Shown here piece by piece: positions 51,888 to 61,374 of a stretch of 64,000 bases of DNA (the first letter of the stretch is position 1; each line of letters starts with the position of its first letter). The notes under the pieces are model-generated. The model saw only the letters and a program-made list of their open reading frames with translations, was not told where the DNA came from and did no database searches. The stretch comes from an uncultured delta proteobacterium (GTDB lineage Bacteria; Myxococcota_A; Polyangia; Fen-1088): contig CAVYGB010000002.1 of NCBI GenBank assembly GCA_963767925.1, forward strand, positions 1,600,001-1,664,000, read 5' to 3'. Both the position numbers and the translations under genes were made by a program.

Positions 51888-52706
51888 GTGAGCACGAAGC
51901 GGCCGCTCATCGGCGTCTCGGCATCCTTCTTCCACCCCGATCCGGCGCGGGCCCTGTACAAGGGCAAGACCCTGGTCTACGCCGAGCAGTCGCTGCTGCA
52001 CTGGGTGATGTCGGCCGGCGCGGTGCCGGTGCTGCTGCCCACGGGGAGCGGGTCGCTGTTCGCCGCCGACATGGTCGAGCAGATCGACGGCCTGGTGCTG
52101 CAGGGCGGGGCCGACATGTCTCCGCGCAGCTACGGCTGTGAGCCGATCCGCCCCGAGTGGCAGGGCGATGCCCTGCGCGACGCCTACGAGATCGAGATCC
52201 TCAACCTGTGCATGGCCCGGAGCAAGCCGGTGCTGGGGGTGTGCCGGGGCACCCAGGTCATCAACGTGGCCCTCGGCGGCTCGCTGTACCAGGACATCGA
52301 GCTCGAGCACGAGCACGCCGACAAGCGGGTGCACCGCCTGTGGGAGGTCTACGATCAACACGCACACGAGATCCTGATCGAGCCCGGCTCCTGGCTGCAG
52401 CGCTGGTACGGCGGCGATCGCCCGCGGGCCCGGGTCAACAGCGTCCACCACCAGGGCATCCGCCGGCTGGGCCGCGGCCTGGTTGTCGAGGCCCGCTCGA
52501 TCCCCGACGGCATCGTCGAGGCGGTCCGGCTCGACCCGGGCGGTGAGCAGGGTCCCTGGGTCTACGGCGTGCAGTGGCACCCGGAGTTCATGCAACCGGT
52601 CCCGCCCGGCGGGCCGATCACGCCCCCGGCGGAGGCCAAGGACCTGCTCGATTCTCAGGTCCTGCTGCAGGCCTTCCTGCGCGCCGTCGAGGCCCGGCGC
52701 GCCTGA
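51888..52706 (+). CDS. Gamma-glutamyl-gamma-aminobutyrate hydrolase family (peptidase C26, PuuD-like)
   Basis: RPLIGV, DGLVLQGGAD, LGVCRG.Q.INVALGGSLYQD, VNSVHHQG, GVQWHPE. Confidence 0.92.
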   Translation: MSTKRPLIGVSASFFHPDPARALYKGKTLVYAEQSLLHWVMSAGAVPVLLPTGSGSLFAADMVEQIDGLVLQGGADMSPRSYGCEPIRPEWQGDALRDAYEIEILNLCMARSKPVLGVCRGTQVINVALGGSLYQDIELEHEHADKRVHRLWEVYDQHAHEILIEPGSWLQRWYGGDRPRARVNSVHHQGIRRLGRGLVVEARSIPDGIVEAVRLDPGGEQGPWVYGVQWHPEFMQPVPPGGPITPPAEAKDLLDSQVLLQAFLRAVEARRA

Positions 52707-52747
52707 CCGGCGGGAGGGGGCGGTGATACCATGGGGGCGGGGACACG

Positions 52748-54130
52748 ATGCAAATCAGGAATCCGGCCACCGATGACGTGATCGCCGATGTGGCCGCCGA
52801 CAGCGCGGCCACCGTGGCAAGCAAATACGAGCGCGCCCGCGCCGGCCAGGCCGGCTGGGCCCGCACCCCGCTCGAGGAGCGGCTGGCCATCATCCGCCGG
52901 TTCAAGGAGGCGCTGGCCGTCCGCAAGGAGCTGCTGGCCCGCACCTTGACCCGGGAGATGGGCAAGCCGATCGCCCAGGCCCGCAACGAGATCGCCGCCA
53001 TGGGCGGGCGCCTGGACTTCTTTCTGCGCGAGACCGCCGCCGTCCTCGGCGAGGAGGTGGTCCTGCGCGACGGGGAGGCCGCCCGCCCCACCCTCGAGGA
53101 GATCATCCGGCACGAGCCGCTGGGGGTGGTGGCCAACGTCTCGGCCTGGAACTACCCCTACTTCGTCGGTTCCAACGTGTTCGTCCCGGCGCTGCTGACC
53201 GGCAACACCGTCCTTTACAAGCCCTCCGAGCACGCCACCGAGACGGGGCTGCGCATCGCCGAGCTGCTGCACGAGAGCGGGGTGCCCGACGACGCCTTCG
53301 TGGTGGCGGTAGGCACCGGCGAGGTGGGGCAGGCGGTGGTGAGCCAGCCGGTCGACGGGCTGTTCTTCACCGGCAGCTACGCCACCGGGATGAAGATCGC
53401 CCAGGCGGTGGCCGGCCGCTTCGTCAAGCTGCAGCTCGAGCTGGGGGGCAAGGACCCCACCTACGTGGCCGACGACGCCGACGTGGCGGCCGCGGCCGAG
53501 GGGCTGGCCGACGGCGCCTTTTACAACACCGGGCAGAGCTGCTGCTCGGTCGAGCGCATCTACGTTCACAAGGCGGTGGCGGGGCCGTTCCTCGACGCCT
53601 TCGTGGCGGCGGTGCGCGGCTTCAAGGTGGGCGATCCCAACGACGACGCCACCTACATCGGCCCGCTGGCCCGCCGGCCCCAGCTCGAGATCCTCGAGGC
53701 CCAGATCAAGGACGCGGTCGACAAGGGGGCCAAGGTGCTGTGTGGGGGCGCCCGGCTGTCCCGCCCCGGCTACTACTTCGATCCCACGGTGCTGACCGGG
53801 GTCACCTCCGACATGAAGGTCATGCGCGAGGAGAGCTTCGGCCCCATCATCGGCCTGCAGGTGGTGGAGGGCGACGACGAGGCGGTCCGCCAGATGAACG
53901 ACACCGAATACGGCCTCACCGCCGGCGTGTACAGCCGCGACCGGGCCCGGGCCGAGGCCATCCTCGCGCGGGTCGACGCCGGCAGCGTGTACTGGAACTG
54001 CTGCGACCGGGTCAGCCCGCGCCTGCCCTGGACCGGGCGGCGCCACTCTGGCATCGGCTCGACCCTGTCGACCTACGGCATCCGCACCTTCCTCCAGCCC
54101 AAGGCCTTTCACCTCCGCGCGCCGGCCTGA
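52748..54130 (+). CDS. Aldehyde dehydrogenase
   Basis: WNYP, KPSE, FTGS, LELGGKDP, GQSCC, EESFGP. Confidence 0.95.
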   Translation: MQIRNPATDDVIADVAADSAATVASKYERARAGQAGWARTPLEERLAIIRRFKEALAVRKELLARTLTREMGKPIAQARNEIAAMGGRLDFFLRETAAVLGEEVVLRDGEAARPTLEEIIRHEPLGVVANVSAWNYPYFVGSNVFVPALLTGNTVLYKPSEHATETGLRIAELLHESGVPDDAFVVAVGTGEVGQAVVSQPVDGLFFTGSYATGMKIAQAVAGRFVKLQLELGGKDPTYVADDADVAAAAEGLADGAFYNTGQSCCSVERIYVHKAVAGPFLDAFVAAVRGFKVGDPNDDATYIGPLARRPQLEILEAQIKDAVDKGAKVLCGGARLSRPGYYFDPTVLTGVTSDMKVMREESFGPIIGLQVVEGDDEAVRQMNDTEYGLTAGVYSRDRARAEAILARVDAGSVYWNCCDRVSPRLPWTGRRHSGIGSTLSTYGIRTFLQPKAFHLRAPA

Positions 54131-54224
54131 TCGGGCGGTGGCAGGGTGGGGGGCTCCTGGCGTTCCCGGGTTTTTGACGCAGTTACTTGTCAGGGCGCGG
54201 GGGGCTGCTGCTAGATTTGGGGAC

Positions 54225-54812
54225 ATGACTGGTCGGTGTTGCGTCGCATTGCTGGTGACCGCGGGCGCGCTCTCGTGCGCCTCCGCGAAGAACAAGCAGA
54301 GCGGCCCTGTGCTCGGCGATCCCTACTCCTCGCCGGTCTCCTCGGCGATTGCGCGCAAGGCGCCCCGCTGCGAGACGCCCGCGGAGTGCGGAGAGGCCCC
54401 CTCGCCCGAAGTGAAATGGGAGTGTCAGCTCGGCGCCTGTCAGCTCGCCTCCGCCGCCGGCAAGGAGACCGACCCGCAGCCGCCACCTGTCTCCGAGCCG
54501 ATCGCGCCGCCCGCTCCCAGCGACGACAGCCGCTCGGCCGAGGAGGGCTCCGTCGACCGCAGCACGCCGCCCGCCGGCCTCTTCGCCCCGATCCCGCCGG
54601 CCAGCGTCGCGCCCGAGCCCGCGCCTCCGCCGCCCCCGCCCCCGCCCCCGCCTGCCGCCCCCGGCACACCGTCGCCCCCGCCGCCCGCCCCCGGCCAGCC
54701 GACGCCCACCCCGCTGCCAGCACAACCGACGCCTGCCCCACCGCCCGCCCCCACGACGCCGAGCACCCCCACGCCGGCACCCCCGGCGCAGCCGCAAGCG
54801 CCTCGCCTGTAA
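54225..54812 (+). CDS. Pro-rich hypothetical lipoprotein
   Basis: Lipobox ALSC, small 4-Cys module, poly-Pro tail. Confidence 0.65.
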   Translation: MTGRCCVALLVTAGALSCASAKNKQSGPVLGDPYSSPVSSAIARKAPRCETPAECGEAPSPEVKWECQLGACQLASAAGKETDPQPPPVSEPIAPPAPSDDSRSAEEGSVDRSTPPAGLFAPIPPASVAPEPAPPPPPPPPPPAAPGTPSPPPPAPGQPTPTPLPAQPTPAPPPAPTTPSTPTPAPPAQPQAPRL

Positions 54813-54821
54813 CCGCTGCCC

Positions 54822-54871
54822 GTTTGCCCTCGCCCCGCGGTCCGCCGCGGGGAGAGGGAAAGGGTGAGGGG
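54822..54871 (-). repeat. Hairpin repeat, reverse copy
   Basis: gtttgccctcgccccgcggtccgccgcggggagagggaaagggtgagggg. Confidence 0.9.
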
Positions 54872-54889
54872 CGGTTGCCGAACCGGACG

Positions 54890-54932
54890 CCCCACGCGCC
54901 GACCTCTCCCCATAACAGACCGCGGGGCGAGG
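54890..54932 (+). repeat. Degenerate forward hairpin repeat
   Basis: cctctcccc-ataacagaccgc-ggggcgagg. Confidence 0.6.
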
Positions 54933-54993
54933 TGGTCTCCCTCCGCCCTGGCCTCGGCGTGGCGGCCGGCGCCGGGCGTGCTAAAGATGCACA

Positions 54994-56013
54994 ATGCGGC
55001 TGGTGGGGACGATCGCGATCCATGTAAAGGGCAGCCTCGTCGAGCGGGAGCCCACCATGTGGGAACGGTTCCGACAGAAGCTGGGTGGCTCGGTCGACCT
55101 CAGCACCGAGAAGATGAAGGTCGAGCTCGAGGCGACCGCCGTCGTCGAGCAGGTGCGACGGGCCCTCACCCGCCTGAGCGTCACCAACGCCCTGTCGCTG
55201 GTCATCGACGACACCGTCATCTTCCAGGACAGCGAGGGCAAGGCCCACGACCTGCCCGATCTGGTCATCGCCCTGGCCGAGCACGCCTCCGTCTTCGGCC
55301 GCGGCTTTCAGGAGCTGCGCTTCGCCGCCGAGCACGAGGAGATGGGGGTGCACTACGTCGTCGAGACGCGCGCCCGCACCGAGCACCTCGCCACCGAGCC
55401 GGCGGCCATCTTGTCGGTGGGCGGTCGCCTCAAGGCGCTCGAGCCGCTCCCCGGTGAGGAGGCCGAGGCCTACCAGAAGCGGGTCGAGCCGCTGACCCGC
55501 AACACCCCCACCCTCGAAGCCGCGCGCGCCTCGTTCGAGTCGTTCATGAACCGCCTCGAGGACGCCCTGCGCGCCACCATGCCCGAGTCGCGCGTGGAAA
55601 ATGTCCGGGCCGAGGCCCGCCTGGTCAAGGCGACCCGCCGCACCCCCGCCGCCCGCACCCCCCGCGAGCCCACCCACCCGGGCTACGACCCGCACGCGCT
55701 CTATTACCCCAACCCGATGGGCATGATGCTGGACGCGATGATCCTGACGTCGTTCATGCACATGATGATGCCGTCGCCGTTTTTCCACGTGGTCAACCCG
55801 GCGGGCGCCGCCCTCGGCACCACCCAGCAGGTCGCCGCCGAGCCCGAGCGCCTGGAGCAGGAGCCCCAGGAGACCCAGTCCGACAGCGACCAGCCGGCCG
55901 ACGAGGGCGACCTCGCCGGCGACGAGGCCGTCGCCGACAACAGCGACTACGACAGCGGCGGCGGCGGTTACGACGGCGGCGACTTCGGCGGCGGCGACTT
56001 CGGCTCCGACTGA
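54994..56013 (+). CDS. Hypothetical protein with acidic Gly-rich tail
   Basis: Long ORF with coding-like codon bias ending GGGYDGGDFGGGDFGSD. Confidence 0.8.
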   Translation: MRLVGTIAIHVKGSLVEREPTMWERFRQKLGGSVDLSTEKMKVELEATAVVEQVRRALTRLSVTNALSLVIDDTVIFQDSEGKAHDLPDLVIALAEHASVFGRGFQELRFAAEHEEMGVHYVVETRARTEHLATEPAAILSVGGRLKALEPLPGEEAEAYQKRVEPLTRNTPTLEAARASFESFMNRLEDALRATMPESRVENVRAEARLVKATRRTPAARTPREPTHPGYDPHALYYPNPMGMMLDAMILTSFMHMMMPSPFFHVVNPAGAALGTTQQVAAEPERLEQEPQETQSDSDQPADEGDLAGDEAVADNSDYDSGGGGYDGGDFGGGDFGSD

Positions 56014-56138
56014 GCGGCCCGGTCCCGGCCGGCCCGGAGGAAGCGATGGTGGTCGCGGCGGCGTGCGCCTGAGTCCCGGAGGGTACCACGGGCCCCCGGA
56101 CACTTCCCCTCCGGGGGCCCGAGACGCAGCTTCGCCAC

Positions 56139-56369
56139 ATGAGGCGGGGTTACCTACACCGGGCGTCCTGGGCGCAGCGCAAATTCGGCAAGAACATCGG
56201 CACTCCCGAGCGCTGGATCTCCATGGTGGGCGCGCTGGCCCTGGCTTTTTACGGGCGCCGCCGGGGCAAGCACCGTCAGGTGGCGGCCGCCGCGGCCACC
56301 TTCCTGATGCGCCGGGGCGTCACCGGACGTTGTCCCCTCTACACGCGCCTGGCGCTGTCCACGAACTGA
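56139..56369 (+). CDS. DUF2892/YgaP-like small membrane protein
   Basis: KNIGTPERWIS..G..TGRCPLY..L.LST. Confidence 0.75.
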   Translation: MRRGYLHRASWAQRKFGKNIGTPERWISMVGALALAFYGRRRGKHRQVAAAAATFLMRRGVTGRCPLYTRLALSTN

Positions 56370-56515
56370 TTCGCCGCCAATCGTTCGCACGCACGTTTTC
56401 ATCATCCCACCGGACGCATCCGCGAAACCTTCGAGCCTCGGGACCTGCGCTGCCGCTTGCGTTGGTTGCCGCCGGGCAGGCAGTCTGCGTATTCTCGGGC
56501 CGCCACGAGGCGAGC

Positions 56516-58189
56516 ATGGCCAGCACACCCAAACGGAATCCGAAGTCGAAGACTCCAACCCGGCCCGGCTCTGCGGCCAAGCGCGCGCCCAGCCCCGCGG
56601 CCAAGGCTTCCCGGCCCGCCCAGTCGGGCCGACCGCCGAAGCCCGCCGCCCGGACCGCGAAACCCGTCGCGACCAGGCCAGGCGGCAAGGTGAGCAGCAA
56701 GGCGGGCGGCAAAACGGCGAGCAAAACGGCGAGCAAGACGGCGAGCAAGACGGCGAGCAAGACGGCGAGCAAGACGGCGAGCAAGACGGCGAGCAAGACG
56801 GCGAGCAAGACGGCGAGCAAGACGGCGAGCAAGACGGCGAGCAAGACGGCGAGCAAAAAAGCCGCGGGCAAGCTGGCTGCAGCACCGCTGAAGCCGGCCG
56901 CGCGGGGCAAGCCCGCCGCCAAGGCGCGCGGAGGAGCGCTGGGCAAGCTCGCCGGCATCGCGACCCGGTCGGCGGCGAAGATCGCCACCAAGATCGCCAG
57001 CGCCGCGGGCAAGCTCGCCCCGAAGGGCGCAGGCAAAAACGGGATCCGGGGCAAGCTCGCCAGCGCGCCGGCCGGCAAGGCCCCGGCCAAGGCCGCTCCC
57101 CGAGGGGCGGCGTCCGCGAAGGGCAAGGCGCTGGCCGCCGACAAGGCACGCCTGTCGCCGCGGGTGACCGCGGCCCTGAAGGCGGCGAGCTGGGCCGCCG
57201 ACTGGGTGGCAGCGCAGGGCCGCTTCGTCTGGCACGACCTGATGTCGACCGACGTGCCGGCCGCGCGCGCCTTTTACACGGCGCTGTTCGGCTGGAGCGT
57301 CGACGAGCTGGACCAGGGCGGCTACCCGGTGCTGCTCCTCAAGAACGGCGAGCGCAGCATCGGCGCCATCGTGCCCGAGCGGTCGCTGCCCGCCTCGCAC
57401 TGGATGCCCTACCTCGCGGTCAGCGACGTGGACGCCACCTGCCGCCGCATCGGTGAGCTGGGCGGCGGCGTCTGCGTGCCGGCGACCAACGTGCCCGGCC
57501 TGGGCCGGTTCGCGGTGGTCAACGATCCGCAGGGGGGGACCTTCTCGCCGCTGCGGCGTCCCGCCGACGCGGGCCCTCCGCCCGACCCCACCCCCGCCGC
57601 CGGCGACTTCTGCTGGGAGGAGCTCTACACGCCCGACCCGGAGGCGGCCGCCCACTTCTACGCCGACATGTTCGGCTGGGACGTCGAGCAGATGATGATG
57701 GGCGCCGCGCCCGCCGGCGACAGCGAGAGCGACGGCGAGGACGACAGTGACATCGAAGCTGGCGACGACGAATCCGACGACGAGGTGACCGAGCAGACGC
57801 GCGTGGCGGCCAACGGGGCGGACGACGAGATTTCGGACGAGGACGCCGCCGAGACGACATCCGCGGGCGACCCCTACCACCTCGAGAGCCACACGCTCGG
57901 CGGCGACGCCAGCGCGGGCGCTCCGGCGGGCGGCTTCGGTTACTGGATGGCCAAGAGCGGCGGGGTAGGCGTGGCGGGCTTCATGCAACAGCCTGTGGAT
58001 ACGGCGCCGCGGCCGTTCTGGCTGCCCTACGTGGCGGTGCCGGACGTCGACGCCACCGCGGCCCGCGCGGTCACGCTCGGCGCCACCATCCTGATGCCGC
58101 CCGCCGACATTCCGGACCTCGGTCGCTTCGCCGTGCTGGCCGACCCGGCCGGCGCCCAGGTGGCCCTCTACTGCGCCTCGCCTCCCTGA
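56516..58189 (+). CDS. VOC/glyoxalase family protein with long Lys/Ala-rich N-terminus and acidic insertion
   Basis: FVWHDLMSTD..AFY.ALFGW, HWMPYLAV.DVD, GRFAV..DP.G occurring twice; GAGG RBS. Confidence 0.85.
   Translation: MASTPKRNPKSKTPTRPGSAAKRAPSPAAKASRPAQSGRPPKPAARTAKPVATRPGGKVSSKAGGKTASKTASKTASKTASKTASKTASKTASKTASKTASKTASKTASKTASKKAAGKLAAAPLKPAARGKPAAKARGGALGKLAGIATRSAAKIATKIASAAGKLAPKGAGKNGIRGKLASAPAGKAPAKAAPRGAASAKGKALAADKARLSPRVTAALKAASWAADWVAAQGRFVWHDLMSTDVPAARAFYTALFGWSVDELDQGGYPVLLLKNGERSIGAIVPERSLPASHWMPYLAVSDVDATCRRIGELGGGVCVPATNVPGLGRFAVVNDPQGGTFSPLRRPADAGPPPDPTPAAGDFCWEELYTPDPEAAAHFYADMFGWDVEQMMMGAAPAGDSESDGEDDSDIEAGDDESDDEVTEQTRVAANGADDEISDEDAAETTSAGDPYHLESHTLGGDASAGAPAGGFGYWMAKSGGVGVAGFMQQPVDTAPRPFWLPYVAVPDVDATAARAVTLGATILMPPADIPDLGRFAVLADPAGAQVALYCASPP
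56711..56854. repeat. 12 x 12 bp in-frame repeat encoding (KTAS)12
   Basis: aa(g/a)acggcgagc units. Confidence 0.95.
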
Positions 58190-58467
58190 GGCCGGCGCGG
58201 CGCGGGGCAGGTTCGAGAGGCGCAAAATCTGATCTTCTGGCAAGCTGGCGCCTCCAACAGCGCGGAGGGTCACGTGGTCCCCAGAAGCCGCTTCATCTGC
58301 CGGGAGTACGAGGAGAGCGACGCCGCCGGCGCCGAGGCCGGAGCCCCCGACGGCGCCGGTCCGCCGGCGGGCCCTCCCGCGGAGGCGCGCCCCTCCGAGG
58401 AGCGGTGGGCGGGCTCGCCGGGAGAATGTTGCTCGCTGCGCGCGCCCCGGACTCCCGGGGATCCGGC

Positions 58468-59373
58468 GTGAAGGGGGCGGCGGCGCGGCTCGCGGGCGCG
58501 CTGCTGGTCACTGCCTGCGGCAGCCTGACGCCGCCCCGGATCATCACACCCGAGGGCCCCGAAGCCGTCGCGCCCGACGCCGGCCCGTCCCCGGGTGAGC
58601 CCGACGCCGGCGCCGACGCCTGGGTGTTGCCGCCGCCGCCGGCCCCGCCCGACGGGTCCACCGCCGAGGCCGGCGGCCCCGCGCTGCTCGACGTCGTCTA
58701 CGCCCACAGCGGCAGCGACCTGTTCCGGGTCGACCCCCGGACCCTGGACATCGCCCGCATCGGCCCCTTCGTCCTCGAGGAGGCGGGCCGCACCCGTTTC
58801 CTCAACACGGTCACCGACATCGCCGTCGATCGCGCCCGGCGGATCGTGGGCCTGACCTACGACCGGCTGCTGGAGATCGACGGCGCCACCGGGGCGTGCA
58901 AGCCCATCGCGCTGCTGCCGCCGGGCCAGCGGTTCAACGGCCTGTCCTGGATCCGCGGGAGCGGCGGCCCCGAGGCCCTGGTGGCGACGAGCATCGACGG
59001 CGGCGTCTTCGCCATCGACCCGGCCAGCGGCGGCGCCACCCGGATCGGGGCGCTCGGCGGCGGCCTGCAGTCGAGCGGCGACCTGGTCTCGGTCGAGGGC
59101 TACGGCACCTTGCTGACGGTGATGGGCCCGGCGAGCGATCGTCTGGCCAGCCTGGATCCGGCGACCGGCGCCGCCACCGTGATCGGCGAGGTCGGCTTCG
59201 ACGGCGTGTGGGGCCTGGGCTTCTGGAAGAACCGGGTGTTCGGCTTCACCTCGACGGGGGACTTTCTCCTCATCGATCCCCGCACGGGGGCCGGCACGCT
59301 CGCCGGCAGCTTCCCCGCTTTCCCCTTTTACGGCGCCGGCGTCACCACCGAGGCGCCGGTCGTCATCGAGTAG
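58468..59373 (+). CDS. Lipoprotein with beta-propeller-like domain
   Basis: Lipobox VTAC, YAHS..LFRVDP, repeated IDP.TG..T.IG, SSGDLV, FYGAGVTT.AP. Confidence 0.75.
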   Translation: MKGAAARLAGALLVTACGSLTPPRIITPEGPEAVAPDAGPSPGEPDAGADAWVLPPPPAPPDGSTAEAGGPALLDVVYAHSGSDLFRVDPRTLDIARIGPFVLEEAGRTRFLNTVTDIAVDRARRIVGLTYDRLLEIDGATGACKPIALLPPGQRFNGLSWIRGSGGPEALVATSIDGGVFAIDPASGGATRIGALGGGLQSSGDLVSVEGYGTLLTVMGPASDRLASLDPATGAATVIGEVGFDGVWGLGFWKNRVFGFTSTGDFLLIDPRTGAGTLAGSFPAFPFYGAGVTTEAPVVIE

Positions 59374-59743
59374 CCGCCCGATCCGGGGAAGTCACCCTGA
59401 TGATTTACGAGTGGTGTTGGTGACGAGAAGCGCACATCATCGTCAGATGGCAAAAAAGTACATCCCGAAGGATGACGACACCAAGGTGCGCAAGACTTTC
59501 TACAAGATCATGCGCGCCTTGACCTCGCCGAAGAACCGCCGGCGGTCCTTCTCATCTGGCCCCTACCACGGCGGCCGATAGACGCGCTGGCGTCCGTTTT
59601 GACGCGCACCTCCACGAACCATGGGAGGTGCGCGTCACTCTGACGCCTCCCTGCCGGGCGCGGGACGTACCCCCCGGCCAAGGACGCTGGCGCAGAGGAC
59701 CCGCCGGCCCTGCCCCGGCCGCCCCGGGGTAGCATCTCGGCCC

Positions 59744-61285
59744 ATGTTTCGCATCGCCGAGCTGCTCGGTGCGCTCTCGCTGGCCACCGATCTGGCCGAC
59801 GGCTTCCCGCTCGAGAAGTGCATGCGCACGGCGGTGCTGGCCCGTCGCCTGGCCGACTGCGCGGGCTGTGACGAGGTGGCCCGGCGGACCGCCTACTGGT
59901 CCAGCCTGCTGCGCTTCACGGGGTGCACCGGTTTTTCCCACGAGGAGGGGCGCTACTACTCGGCCGGCGGCGACATCACCTTGCGCCGGACGCTGGCCAT
60001 GGTCGACTTCGGCCGGCCATCGACCTTCGTCCGGCGGGCCATCGGCAACATCGCCAGCCACGCCCCCCTGGGCCAGCGGGCGGTCGCGCTGGGACGGCTG
60101 CTCGCCACCGGCGCGCCCCGGCGCCACGCCGACGCCCAGTGCGAGGCGGGCGCCACCTTCGCGCGGGCGGTCGACCTGCCCGAGGTGGCGGCGGTGCTGG
60201 CCCTGCGCGACGAGCGCTGGGATGGACGGGGCCCGCGCCGGGCGGCGGCGGGCGAGGCGCTGCCGCTGGCCGCCCGCATCGCCGACGTGGCCGACACCGC
60301 GGAGCTGTTCGCCTGGAACCACGGCCCCCACGAGGCCCTGGCGGAGCTGCGCCGCCGCCGCGGGGGGCAGCTCGACCCCCGCCTCGTCGACCTGTTCGGG
60401 CGCCACGCCGGTGACCTGTGGTCCGACCTGTTCGGCCCCTCGGTCTGGGACCTGTTCCTCGACGCCGAGCCGGCGCCCAACCGGGTGGCGCGCGACGGCG
60501 CCGAGGTGACCCGCTGCCTGCTGGCCTTCTCCCGCTTCGCCGATCTGTTCTCGGTGTACACGCTGGGGCACTCGGACCAGGTCGCCGACCTGGCCCAGCG
60601 GGCGGCCGCTGCCCTCGGGCTGCCCGAGGCCGACAGGACGCTGGCCCGCCAGTCCGGCTACGTCCACGACATCGGCCGGGTGGGCGTCCCCACCGGCATC
60701 TGGGAAAAACCCGGCCCGCTGTCCCCCTACGAGCGCGAGCGGGTGCGCAGCCACGCCCAGCACACCGAGACCGCCCTGCGGCTGGCGCCGGCGCTGGCGC
60801 CCCTGGCCGAGGTGGCCGCCTCCGCCCACGAGCGCGGCGGCGGGGCCGGCTACCACCGCCGCCTGCCGGCCGAGTCGGGGCCGCTGGTGGCGCGCCTGCT
60901 GGCGGCCGCCGACGTGTGCGTGGCCCTGCGCTCGGACCGCCCCCACCGCCCGGCCTTCGACCGCGCGGGGGTCGAGCGTGAGCTGCGGGCGATGACCGCC
61001 GCCCGGGCCCTCGATCCCGCGGCGGTCGACGCCGTGCTGGCCGCGGCGGGGCACCCGGTGCGCGCCGCCCCCCCGCCCCGCGGCCTCACCGATCGCGAGG
61101 TGCAGGTGATTCGCCTCGTGGCGGTGGGGCGCACCAACCCGGAGATCGGCCGCCTGCTCGGCATCTCGCCCCGCACCGCCCAGAAGCACGTCATGAACGT
61201 GTACGCCAAGCTGGGCCTCGAGAGCCGGGCCGGCCTGGCCCTGTTCGCCATGGAGCACCAGCTCCTCGAGCCCGGCCAGACCTGA
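59744..61285 (+). CDS. HD/HD-GYP-like double-domain protein with C-terminal LuxR HTH
   Basis: LSLATDL, ERWDG.G, GHS..VA, VHDIGRVG, HER..G.GY, RSDRPHRPA, LTDREVQV..GRTNPEI. Confidence 0.9.
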   Translation: MFRIAELLGALSLATDLADGFPLEKCMRTAVLARRLADCAGCDEVARRTAYWSSLLRFTGCTGFSHEEGRYYSAGGDITLRRTLAMVDFGRPSTFVRRAIGNIASHAPLGQRAVALGRLLATGAPRRHADAQCEAGATFARAVDLPEVAAVLALRDERWDGRGPRRAAAGEALPLAARIADVADTAELFAWNHGPHEALAELRRRRGGQLDPRLVDLFGRHAGDLWSDLFGPSVWDLFLDAEPAPNRVARDGAEVTRCLLAFSRFADLFSVYTLGHSDQVADLAQRAAAALGLPEADRTLARQSGYVHDIGRVGVPTGIWEKPGPLSPYERERVRSHAQHTETALRLAPALAPLAEVAASAHERGGGAGYHRRLPAESGPLVARLLAAADVCVALRSDRPHRPAFDRAGVERELRAMTAARALDPAAVDAVLAAAGHPVRAAPPPRGLTDREVQVIRLVAVGRTNPEIGRLLGISPRTAQKHVMNVYAKLGLESRAGLALFAMEHQLLEPGQT

Positions 61286-61374
61286 ACATCCGTTGCGGCG
61301 CCAGGTGGCGCATGGGCGGGCGCGCGCCGGCCGCGCACTCTCGCTGGGTAGCCAACCCCAGCGAGGAGGACGCC

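Noticed and set aside
58274..58471. 65-aa ORF overlapping the next gene's GTG start
   Set aside because: Low-complexity sequence with no RBS or recognisable motif; cannot be supported.
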